A stretch of DNA of 64,000 bases. Origin: Candidatus Bathyarchaeota archaeon. Its GTDB lineage: Archaea > Thermoproteota > Bathyarchaeia > 40CM-2-53-6. The translations under genes and the position numbers were made by a program. Shown here piece after piece: positions 19,191-28,379 of the stretch. The notes beneath the pieces are model-generated. The model made no database searches and was not told the DNA's origin. It saw only the letters and a program-made list of their open reading frames with translations. The stretch is taken from contig CAVSBL010000002.1 in the NCBI GenBank assembly GCA_963726255.1, forward strand, positions 2,112,001 through 2,176,000. Reading direction: 5' to 3'. The first letter of the stretch is position 1; each line of letters begins with the position of its first letter.

Positions 19191-19988
19191 TTGCAAATTC
19201 CTTGTGGGATCGTCTTGGCAAAGTATGGTAATGCGAGCTCCGACTTTCTTGACGAGGTCCACAGAATCACGAATGCCGCCAAGACCGAAGGCGTACTATT
19301 GAGGCTGCTTGGAGCGCTCGCCTTTCACATACATTGTCCAAAATTCTCGTACATGCAGGAAATGCTGGGACGCACGTTTACTGACATAGACTTTGCCTCA
19401 TACAGACAAGAAAGTTCCCGAATCACCAACCTATTCACCGAGCTCGGGTATCAGCATGACGCACGAGTAAGGGCCCTCTTTGGTTCGAGGTTAGTATTCT
19501 ATGAAACAAGCGGGACTAACAGACACTGTGATGTATTCCTAGACAAGCTTGAGTTCTGTCACGATGTGGACTTCCAAGATAGGCTCGAAGTTGACGATCC
19601 GACTGTGCCGCTCGCGGAGCTTCTCCTGGAGAAAATGCAGATAGTCAGGTTGAATCAAAAGGACGTCATCGACACTATAATGCTTCTAAGAGAGCATCAG
19701 ATCGGCGGGTCAGACGATGACACAATCAACGCAGACCGCATAGCGCGCCTTACCGCTCGCGATTGGGGTCTTTGGAGAACATTCACACTCAACTTGGAAA
19801 ATGTGGGAAGAATCGCTCAAAATCTCGAGAAGCTCTCCGAGGAGGATAAGAAAGATGTGAATTCGAAGATCACAGCTTTACGGTCTCGCATAGATAGCGA
19901 ACCCAAGACACGGGGTTGGAAGATTAGGTCACAAATCGGAGAGAGAAAGAAGTGGTACCGAGATGTTGACGAGCTCCTGCGGGAATAA
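19191..19988 (+). CDS. uncharacterised nucleotidyltransferase-superfamily protein
   Basis: LRLLGALAF...TDIDF (hG...DhD), third acidic strand CDVF, and LLEK...KD..D helix as in AbiEii/DUF1814-like NTases. Confidence 0.75.
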   Translation: MQIPCGIVLAKYGNASSDFLDEVHRITNAAKTEGVLLRLLGALAFHIHCPKFSYMQEMLGRTFTDIDFASYRQESSRITNLFTELGYQHDARVRALFGSRLVFYETSGTNRHCDVFLDKLEFCHDVDFQDRLEVDDPTVPLAELLLEKMQIVRLNQKDVIDTIMLLREHQIGGSDDDTINADRIARLTARDWGLWRTFTLNLENVGRIAQNLEKLSEEDKKDVNSKITALRSRIDSEPKTRGWKIRSQIGERKKWYRDVDELLRE

Positions 19989-20074
19989 TTCTGGTTGTCG
20001 TGCACATCGGTCGTGAAATGAAGTAATTACGGGCTTATTCTCTCGCCAGTCGCTTCACAGGCCACTGCCTGTTC

Positions 20075-21016
20075 TTATCCGCTTTCTCTAGTGTAGGGGA
20101 TTCCCAACGCCGACGGTTGGCGGGCGCCTCGGGCAATAGCCACTAGGATTACGAGGGTAAGCAGGTAGGGGACCATGAGCAGGAAGTAGTAGGGTATTAT
20201 TGAGCCTACGACTTGGAAGAATGAGCCGAGAAGATAAGCCGCACCGAAGAGGAATGTTCCGAAGAACGCCCTAGCAGGGCGCCACTTACCGAAATATACC
20301 ATGGCAACTGCGATGAACCCTCTTCCAGCGGTGATGTTTTCTGCCTGGAAAGCGTGGACTGAGATGGCTAGGTAAGCGCCTCCGATTCCTGCCAAGGTCG
20401 CTCCTGCAATTACCGCAATGTACCGTATCTTTGCGACGTTGACTCCCAGTGTGTCAGCTGCTGATGGATTCTCGCCAACTGCTCTCAAGTTAAGCCCGAA
20501 CGTTGTTCGCCCAATCACGAGAATTACGATGACGAGCGTCACGAAGGCCATGTACTCTATGATATCTTGGGAGAAGAGTGAGTTACCGAGTATGGGAATT
20601 GAGGATAGCACGGGTATTGGTATATTCGGAAGCCCTTCAATTCTGATCGTCGAGCCAATTTCGCCGAACAAGGCTTCGTAGACGAATCCAGAAAGACCGA
20701 GTCCTAGAAAGTAGATTCCGAGACCCGAGAGGATTTGGTCCTGTTTCAAACTTATCGAGATAAACGCCATCAGCAGGCCGATGAGCGCGCCACAGAATGC
20801 CCCCAGGATTACTCCGAGTAGGTTGTCATGCATGAAGAAGCTGACTGAAAACGCCGAGATTGCTCCGACGAGCATTACTCCCTCCGTTCCGAGATTTATC
20901 ACCCCACCTCGTTCACTAATGACCTCGCCCAACGATGCGAATGCCATTGGGACGCTCAATTCAAGCATCGAAGCGATCAGACCGGAAATCGCTGCTGCAT
21001 CAAGAACAACACCCAT
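20075..21016 (-). CDS. nucleoside ABC transporter permease (NupC-like)
   Basis: SERGGVINLGTEG, LRAVGENP.AA..LGV, AGRGFIAVA..YFGKW.P. Confidence 0.93.
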   Translation of the reverse strand: MGVVLDAAAISGLIASMLELSVPMAFASLGEVISERGGVINLGTEGVMLVGAISAFSVSFFMHDNLLGVILGAFCGALIGLLMAFISISLKQDQILSGLGIYFLGLGLSGFVYEALFGEIGSTIRIEGLPNIPIPVLSSIPILGNSLFSQDIIEYMAFVTLVIVILVIGRTTFGLNLRAVGENPSAADTLGVNVAKIRYIAVIAGATLAGIGGAYLAISVHAFQAENITAGRGFIAVAMVYFGKWRPARAFFGTFLFGAAYLLGSFFQVVGSIIPYYFLLMVPYLLTLVILVAIARGARQPSALGIPYTRESG

Positions 21017-21019
21017 TTC

Positions 21020-22087
21020 CTAGCTTCTCCTGATTTCGTACCTTGCAAAAACCTGAATGATGAGGATTAGAACAATAATTATGCCCTGTGACAGCAAGGA
21101 TAAGGTTTGGGGAATTTGAAGTGCTCTCTCGACCGAGGACATTCCCGAAATGAGACTGCCAAAGAATATCGATGAGAAGATCACGCCTAAAGGATGTAGG
21201 TTCCCAAGCAAGGCGACAACGACCGCAGTGTAACCGATTCCTGAAGCTTGTTCTGGCAACAGTTCATGCGTGATGCCAAGTATGTAGACACCTCCTCCTA
21301 AACCACACAATGCTCCACTCAGAAACATTGCTGAAATTACCACACGCTTTACTGAAATTCCGCTCGTCTTAGCCGCTGACGGGTTTAGCCCGACTGCACG
21401 TATTGTATACCCAAGAGGCGTCTTGAAGAGAATATAGTACGCCAAAACGCATGCTACGACGGAAACAATGATGCCGACGTTTAAGCTCGACTGGCGGAGT
21501 AGGATTGGTAAAGAAGTTTCTTTCGGAAAGATAGGAGATTCAGGGTAACTTCCCGGAATCGATTTGTCTTGGAACGGGCCTCTCACAAGCCAGTTCAGAG
21601 CGTCGATTGCAACATAGTTCAGCATAATCGTAGTGATGACCTCGTTAATTCCAAGCCTCGATTTGAGTAAGGCCGGTATCGCAGCGAACAAGCCTCCGCC
21701 CAATAGCGACAGTACCAGCGCAAGCGGAATCATAACGTAGGAAGGCATTGGCTCCTTCAAGAAAGGCAATACGAACCACGTGACGAGAATAGCGCCAAAA
21801 ATCTGCTGCCCTTCGGCGCCTATGTTCCAGACCTTGCAGCGGAAGGCAATGACAAGGCCAATAGCCATGAGCATAAGCGGGGTCGCTTGAACAATTGATT
21901 CGGCGAACCCAGCTTCTGTCCCTACCGTTCCCCTGTAAAGGGCGTCCAGCGCCACAAGGGGGTTCTTTCCCGCAGCCCCCAGAACGACTAGAACCACAAG
22001 GGGTGAAACGATGTACGCTAACAGCGTGACGGTCAACATGGCTCGCCGGCTTACATCTAGACGTTGAGTAACCTTGAATCCCAACAA
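21020..22087 (-). CDS. nucleoside ABC transporter permease (NupB-like)
   Basis: WNIGAEGQ, NEVITTIMLNY, GY.IRAVG.NP.AA, VALLG.LHP.G. TTG start inferred. Confidence 0.93.
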   Translation of the reverse strand: MLGFKVTQRLDVSRRAMLTVTLLAYIVSPLVVLVVLGAAGKNPLVALDALYRGTVGTEAGFAESIVQATPLMLMAIGLVIAFRCKVWNIGAEGQQIFGAILVTWFVLPFLKEPMPSYVMIPLALVLSLLGGGLFAAIPALLKSRLGINEVITTIMLNYVAIDALNWLVRGPFQDKSIPGSYPESPIFPKETSLPILLRQSSLNVGIIVSVVACVLAYYILFKTPLGYTIRAVGLNPSAAKTSGISVKRVVISAMFLSGALCGLGGGVYILGITHELLPEQASGIGYTAVVVALLGNLHPLGVIFSSIFFGSLISGMSSVERALQIPQTLSLLSQGIIIVLILIIQVFARYEIRRS

Positions 22088-22091
22088 GTGT

Positions 22092-23657
22092 TCACGCCGC
22101 CATCGAGATCTTCTTCGCACCTGTCATCAGGAGTCCGATCTCTTCCATGTTGAACTGTCCGGGTTCGAGCAATCCGACTACCTGGCCTTTGTACATGACT
22201 GCAACTCTATCGCTCAGGGTGATCAGCTCAGCTAGGTCTTCGTCGACTAGGAGTACAGCAGCGCCTCGATTTCGTTGTTGAACCAAAATGCTCCTGACGT
22301 ATTCTGTTGCGGCTACGTCGAGGCCGCGCGTTGGTTGTGAAACCACAATGAGTGAGGGTTGCCCAGACAGTTCTCTTGCTAAGATTAGCTTCTGAAGGTT
22401 TCCGCCGGAAAGCGACCTTGCTTTTGCAGAAATACCTGTCGTCTTAATGTTGAACTGTTTGATGGCTTCCTCTCCCCTGTGCGTAATCTCTTTGCTATTC
22501 AGCAAGGTTGGTACCTTGTTGGCTAGCATATTGCAAATGGGTGGTTTATCGAAGTCTTTGAGGATCATATTTTCGTCTAAACGAAAGTCCGTGATAATGG
22601 CGTCCTCGGTTCTGTTTTCGGGGACGTAGGCGAGGCCTAAGTCAATTATCCTGCGAGGTGACTTGCCAGTGATGTCTATGCCTGCAAACTTTAGGGATCC
22701 TGAAGAGCTCCTCCTCAGTCCCACAATGGCTTGAACAAGTTCTCTTTGGCCATTCCCGGATACACCGGCTATTCCGAGGATTTCTCCTCTTCGAACTTCG
22801 AAAGTGACGCCCTTGACCGCTTCGAGGCCTCTATCGTCAAATACAGAGAGTTGTTCTATTTGCAGAACAACTTCCCTTTCCGAAGTCCTTGTCTTGTCGG
22901 CGATTGGAGGAATCTCCTCGCCAACCATCATGTGAGCTAACTTTTCCTTGTTTACAGCTTGCGTCGCTTGCGTGGTAACTTTGCGTCCTTTCCTCAAAAC
23001 CGTGACCCTGTCTGTGACATCCATTACTTCGTCAAGTTTGTGAGTGATTAGAACGATGGAGATTCCCGTGTTTTTCAATCCGCGTAATGAGTTGAAGAAA
23101 TCACTAACCTCAGTAGGTGCGAGAACGGATGTAGGTTCGTCAAGAATCAGAACTTTCGCGTCACGATATAATGCTTTGAGAATTTCGACACGTTGGAGTT
23201 CCCCTACCGCGAGTTGCCAGATCTGAACCTTAGGGTCAACGTGCAGACCATGTTGTTCTGATAAGCGTGAGATTCGCGTCTCGGCCGAAGCTATGTCCGT
23301 CAGTATTCCTCTGGGAGACTTCAGTCCCAAGATTACGTTTTCTGCCACAGTCATGTCGCTCACAAGTTTGAAGTGTTGGTGTACCATGCCGATACCCCGC
23401 TTGATTGCGTCGGATGGGGAGCGAAACGCGGCAGGTTGACCGAAAATTTCAATCGAACCAGCGTCTGGTTGATAAAATCCATAAAGGATATTCATGAGCG
23501 TAGTCTTCCCGGCACCGTTCTCTCCTAGGAGCCCATGTATTTCGCCAGCATGAAGCTCAAAATCTACCATATCATTTGCCACGACGCCGCCAGGAAATCT
23601 CTTCACAATACCCCGCATCACGACGGCGGGAGTTTCATTACTTATCTCATCTACCAT
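22092..23657 (-). CDS. nucleoside ABC transporter ATP-binding protein (NupA-like, two ATPase domains)
   Basis: GENGAGKTT, MVHQHF, LDEPT, GVSGNGQ, LSGGNLQK, QPTRGLD. Confidence 0.95.
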   Translation of the reverse strand: MVDEISNETPAVVMRGIVKRFPGGVVANDMVDFELHAGEIHGLLGENGAGKTTLMNILYGFYQPDAGSIEIFGQPAAFRSPSDAIKRGIGMVHQHFKLVSDMTVAENVILGLKSPRGILTDIASAETRISRLSEQHGLHVDPKVQIWQLAVGELQRVEILKALYRDAKVLILDEPTSVLAPTEVSDFFNSLRGLKNTGISIVLITHKLDEVMDVTDRVTVLRKGRKVTTQATQAVNKEKLAHMMVGEEIPPIADKTRTSEREVVLQIEQLSVFDDRGLEAVKGVTFEVRRGEILGIAGVSGNGQRELVQAIVGLRRSSSGSLKFAGIDITGKSPRRIIDLGLAYVPENRTEDAIITDFRLDENMILKDFDKPPICNMLANKVPTLLNSKEITHRGEEAIKQFNIKTTGISAKARSLSGGNLQKLILARELSGQPSLIVVSQPTRGLDVAATEYVRSILVQQRNRGAAVLLVDEDLAELITLSDRVAVMYKGQVVGLLEPGQFNMEEIGLLMTGAKKISMAA

Positions 23658-23733
23658 TCGCGTCTACGCCCTGTTCGTCGTGGAGAATAAAAAAATAGGA
23701 GGGGAAGCCCTCTGTGAGAGAGCTTGCGGACGT

Positions 23734-24921
23734 TTAGTTGCGCGGCTGCTGCAGACCTATAGCAATGAAGAAACTGGTCTGAATCGATTGAAGCGATGTT
23801 CCAATCGTTAGTGGGCCGAGTGGGTCGGTTTGAATTTGGCCGCCTTGGACTTGCGATGCGACGCTCATGACTTGCTGTTGAACGGCCGCTGGAACATTGT
23901 CCTTGTTCAGTTCGATTTCCAACCCTCCAGTCTGGAGGTTTGCCCAGTACTTGCCGTTTGTCTTTCCTGCGGCTACATCAGCGAGCCATTGTTTCATTAC
24001 TGCGTCCCATTTCCAAGAACCACTCCCTAGGACCAGCTTCTCACCACCAACAGGTGGGTTGTCTGCTATGTCGACACCGTTACCGATCAGGCTCACGTTC
24101 TTCTCAATTGCCCCTTCGATGGTTCCGAGCACGACACCGTCGCCCATCGTCGCGATCACGTCGACGCCCTGGCTCGCCATCAATTCAGCATCAGATTTAG
24201 CGCCCTGCAAATCGTGGAAGTCACCTACTGCGACAACACTAATGCTGCCGCCTGGTTGAATGCCATTGCCGCCGCCCGGCAGAGGTCCATATGTGTACAT
24301 GATGTTTGAATTTGCGTCGTGCGCACCTTTCGCAAAGTTCGGTTCGAATCTTGCAAGTTCGGCGACCCTCGCACCCATAATGTACCCAATCTTGTTAGAC
24401 ATGGTCATCTTTCCGGCTAAGTAGCCGAGAATGTATCCTGTCTGGTCCGTTCGGACGTCTGCGATAGCGAGGTTTGGTAGTGAGTTATTCCATCCCGCGA
24501 TTACTAGGAAGTTTGTGTTGGGGTATTGTGGAGCAATTTCCTGAATGGGAATCTGAAACTCGAAACCGGAACCGATTATCAGGTTGTATCCCTTGCTGAC
24601 GAAGTCTCTGACATCAGCCTGAATCTGAGCGCTTTCCTGATGGTTTTGTACCCAGCATCCGCAGGTGTTTATGCCTTCGTTCATACTGGTCAGGAGGTCT
24701 TCAAATGAAGTGTAGCTTGCTTGGTTCCACGCAAGGTCGTCTGTTCGGCCGGGCATTATCATTGCGATCTTCATTGGCCCGCTCGTCATGGATTCAGTCA
24801 TTGAAGTGTTTGTAGCGGGTACCGATGGTTTCTGTGTGAGGTAGTATGCTGCGCCAGCGACGATGATGAGAACGACTATTACGACAGCCATGATTGTTTT
24901 GTTGTTCTTTGCTTGACTCAT
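23734..24921 (-). CDS. BMP/PnrA family nucleoside-binding protein with N-terminal membrane anchor
   Basis: N-terminal TM and S/T linker, then D.AWNQ..Y, IIG.GFEF, GY..GYLAG.MT, GDF.D, GVDVI. Confidence 0.88.
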   Translation of the reverse strand: MSQAKNNKTIMAVVIVVLIIVAGAAYYLTQKPSVPATNTSMTESMTSGPMKIAMIMPGRTDDLAWNQASYTSFEDLLTSMNEGINTCGCWVQNHQESAQIQADVRDFVSKGYNLIIGSGFEFQIPIQEIAPQYPNTNFLVIAGWNNSLPNLAIADVRTDQTGYILGYLAGKMTMSNKIGYIMGARVAELARFEPNFAKGAHDANSNIMYTYGPLPGGGNGIQPGGSISVVAVGDFHDLQGAKSDAELMASQGVDVIATMGDGVVLGTIEGAIEKNVSLIGNGVDIADNPPVGGEKLVLGSGSWKWDAVMKQWLADVAAGKTNGKYWANLQTGGLEIELNKDNVPAAVQQQVMSVASQVQGGQIQTDPLGPLTIGTSLQSIQTSFFIAIGLQQPRN

Positions 24922-24964
24922 AATATATCTTCAACTCTCCGTGACGGAAGCTGGCTGGCTCCAA

Positions 24965-25777
24965 CTAGATATAACTTGCGAAAGCTTCCCAGCCAGGGTG
25001 TCGCTGAAACAGTCGCGTTTCCGTAGTTAGCGGCAGGAACGCGTGCCCGGCTGCAGAAATGATGTTGGTACTTAACTTGTAACTGGTCAGCGTTTGAGTG
25101 ACCTTCTCATTATTGTTATAGTACTCACCGTAGACAACTTGCCCCAACCCTGCGTCAAACCACAATACCTCCGACAATGTTCCGTTTTGTGTTACTGTTA
25201 CCTTGAACGCGTGAAATTGGCCGAGAGGAGTCGAAACATCATCTATCGACGTAGTTGTCCTCACCTCTAGAAGCAACTTTGTTGAAGTTATGGTTGTGTT
25301 CTTCACCTCAGTTGTGGTATGCAGAGTGCTGTTCACGGTCCATTTATCCCCGATGTGGAGGGGGACTTGAAATAGCTGGACGGGTGGCGTGTAGATTGTT
25401 GTGGAGTTGGCGAGTAGGTTGCCGATTGTTGGCCTGAACGTTTTGACCTCATGCCAATCTAGTGTGGTCCAGTGGTATTGAGTTGACAGATGTTGCGAAT
25501 CATCGTACAGAATCACATACGCCTCAGTCCCGTTCAAATCGGCAACCTCTCTTACTGACACGGTTAACTGGTAGCTCTTAGAATCAGGAAATACGACCTT
25601 GTAGTTCCAGCTGTCACCCGCGGCCAAACGGCGTGGTAACGTACTTCTCGACTCATTCCACATGAAGGCTAGTGGAGAGAGCGTCGCGAGAATCGCCATC
25701 AGAAACACAAGTGCAACAATGGAGCGTCTTGCCAGAATCAGCCCCGCCCTTCTAATCCTTTCAGACTTGTTGCGCAA
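24965..25777 (-). CDS. exported beta-rich hypothetical protein (DUF3108/TapB-like)
   Basis: N-terminal signal/TM; GDSWNY, PL.IGDKW, V.TPLG.F.AFKV, WF..GLG.V. True start uncertain. Confidence 0.65.
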   Translation of the reverse strand: MRNKSERIRRAGLILARRSIVALVFLMAILATLSPLAFMWNESRSTLPRRLAAGDSWNYKVVFPDSKSYQLTVSVREVADLNGTEAYVILYDDSQHLSTQYHWTTLDWHEVKTFRPTIGNLLANSTTIYTPPVQLFQVPLHIGDKWTVNSTLHTTTEVKNTTITSTKLLLEVRTTTSIDDVSTPLGQFHAFKVTVTQNGTLSEVLWFDAGLGQVVYGEYYNNNEKVTQTLTSYKLSTNIISAAGHAFLPLTTETRLFQRHPGWEAFASYI

Positions 25778-25825
25778 GGAATTCAGTTAAAGCCGACATC
25801 TGCAACTCGCTACACAACCTACGAA

Positions 25826-27227
25826 GTGTTCATCATGGCATCTATTCTGATTTCCGGCGGAACAATCATAACCATGGATTCAAATCGGCGAGTGATCAGG
25901 AACGGAGCCGTTCGGGTCGAGAACGATCGCATCGTCGAACTTGGAAAGGCAAACCAAGTCGGGACGCAGTCGCAGGCGGAGTCCGAACTAGACGCAAGCG
26001 GTATGGTTGTGCTCCCGGGCCTGATAGATACGCACGTGCACCTCGCCCAAGCTCTTCTTCGAGGTTGTGCCGACGATACCTCCTTGATAGATTGGCTACA
26101 GAAATTCGTTTGGCCACTTCAGGGCAACTTCGAAGCGGAGGATGGTAGGACGAGCGCGGAACTGTGCATGTTGGAAATGATTAAGTCAGGAACGACAACC
26201 TTCCTTGAGAGCCTCTTACACTCGCGTTACGGATTCGACGGCATCGCTGAAAGCGTGCAGAAATCTGGAATGCGCGGTTTTCTCTCCAAAACAGTGATGG
26301 GGCTACCCGGCTATGGGACCGAAAAGAGCATAATGCATCCGGGAATGATCGAGGACGCGGAAACCTGCCTTCACGAAGTCAAATCCCACTTCAAACGTTG
26401 GGATGGGAAGGCGAATGGGAGAATTAGGGTTTGGTACGGTGCTCGGTCGCTAGGTGGCTGCACAAAGGAATTGTACGAGCTTATCGCTAAAGGCGCTCAA
26501 GAGCTTGGGACGGGCGTCACGATGCATCTGAGCGAGGTCCAGGAGGATGTGCGATACGCCAAGAAAGAGTTCGGAATGATGCCTGCAGAATTCATGAACA
26601 AAGTCGGCTTAGCGGGACGAAATGTTGTTTTCGCGCATGGGGTATGGTTGACGGAGAGTGAGTGGGCCATACTAGCTCGGAAGGGTGCGCATGTGGCGCA
26701 CTGCCCATCTTCGAACATGAAGCTATCGTCTGGAATTGCTAGCGTTCCTGAGATGTTGAAGGCCGGTGTAAATGTCGGCCTCGGATGCGATGGCGGGCCA
26801 AGCAACAACTGCTACGATATGGTCCGTGAAATGAAGACCGCTTCGCTACTTCAGAAGGCCAGATTGCTCGACCCGCTGACTATGAGCGCTGAAACAGTCC
26901 TAGAGATGGCTACTATAAACGGGGCACGCGCTCTTAGGACTACAGAACGATCTTGGTTCGATAGAGGTCGGAAAGAAAGCCGATATGATCTTGATAACGT
27001 TGAAAAAACCGCACTTGACACCCGCTTTCAACCCCGTGTCACATCTTGTATACGCGGCGGAGGGAACCGACGTACAGACAGTAATAATTGATGGAGAGGT
27101 AGTGATGGAGAACCGAAACCTCAAAACACTCAGAGAAGAGGAAATCCTCAAAGAGGCCAGCAACAGAAGCGAAAAGCTTCTAGAACGGGCGGGTCTGGAA
27201 GTCAAACCTAAGTGGGCTATTAGTTAA
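25826..27227 (+). pseudogene. amidohydrolase (SsnA/MtaD/DadD-like nucleobase deaminase family) interrupted by a +1 frameshift at about 26935
   Basis: PGLIDTHVH, MHLSE, AHCPSSNMKL, LGCDG. Removing one base in CTCTTAGGA restores GARALGLQNDLGSIEVGKKAD and joins ORF 26985-27227. May be a sequence error. Confidence 0.85.
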
Positions 27228-27282
27228 GAACTGCCCACAAGATTCAAGACTGAATTGCGATTGGAAGGTTGGCCTGATTCAT

Positions 27283-28379
27283 ATGAGCATAAAATGGACG
27301 AAATCCAGTAAGGTCGCAGATGGAGTGTTCCAAACGATTGGCCGAACTCCACTCGTTAGACTAAGGAACATACCTGCCTCTGAGGGTGTCAAAGCAAACA
27401 TTCTGGTTAAGCTTGAGTACATGAACCCCACGGGCAGCTTGAAGGATCGTATCTATTTCGAGATGATAACGAAAGCGATTGCGCGCAAGGAGCTCCGGCC
27501 TGGAATGGAGATTCTCGAAGCCTCCACAGGGAACGCGGGTATCGCTTGCTCATTTGTTGGAACAACTCTAGGTCACAAGGTGACCATAGTCATGCCGGCA
27601 GGCATGAGTCAGGAGAGAATGAAGATCATTCGAGCGTACGGAGCCGAAATCATTACTACGCCAGGCGGTGAGAGCGACGTAGACTTATGTCTAAACGAAA
27701 TTGAGGAGCTGAAACAAGCAAGCCCAAGCAAGTATTGGGAGCCAGGGCAATTTAGCAACAAAGACAATGTTGCGGCACACTACAAAACGACAGGTCCTGA
27801 AATTTGGGAACAGAGCGGGGGAAAAGTTGACTGTTTCCTCGCCTCGCAGGGGACTGGAGGAACATTAACTGGTGTGGGAAAGTACCTAAGAAAGAAGAAA
27901 AAGAAGGTGGCCCTCTTCGCCGTGGAACCTTCCGAAGCTCCAATCCTTGCCCACCGTCAGTGGGGAACCCACAGAATTGAAGGTGTCGGGGATTGGGCTG
28001 TCCCAAGAATCCTTGACGTCAGCCACCTCACTGGGATAGTTAATACGCGCTCTGATGTTTCCATTGAAATGGCCCGAAGGCGAAGGAAGAAGGAATCTTT
28101 TGCGGAAATAGGGAAGAGGGGAAAGTCGCTAAGGAAGAGGGAATCTTTTGCGGAATATCGTCAGGCTGCAAAGTACTAGCTGTTCTAAAAGTGGCCAAGC
28201 GTCACCCTGAATACAAGACGATTGTAACTATGGTGAACGACACTGGTCAGAGATACTTCTCGACCGAACTCTGTGGCGAAAAGAAACATGTGGAACTCCC
28301 TGAAAGAGAAGTACCGTTTGACGAGTATACAACGACGGAGCTGAACACATACGAATCGCGTTGGGAAATAGTTGAATGA
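27283..28379 (+). pseudogene. PLP-dependent cysteine synthase family protein disrupted by a local duplication and frameshift at about 28080-28155
   Basis: NPTGSLKDR, ASTGNAG, GTGGT, HRIEG. The C-terminal KEEGIFCGISSG...DTGQRYFST is in another frame and the KEEGIFCG segment appears twice. Confidence 0.85.
28083..28155 (+). repeat. imperfect 25-nt direct repeat, period 48
   Basis: aaggaagaaggaatcttttgcggaa (28083-28107) and aaggaagagggaatcttttgcggaa (28131-28155). Confidence 0.85.

Noticed and set aside
28083-28155. 25-nt direct repeats as a mini CRISPR array
   Set aside because: Only two copies, they encode a conserved protein motif, and no cas genes or leader are present.
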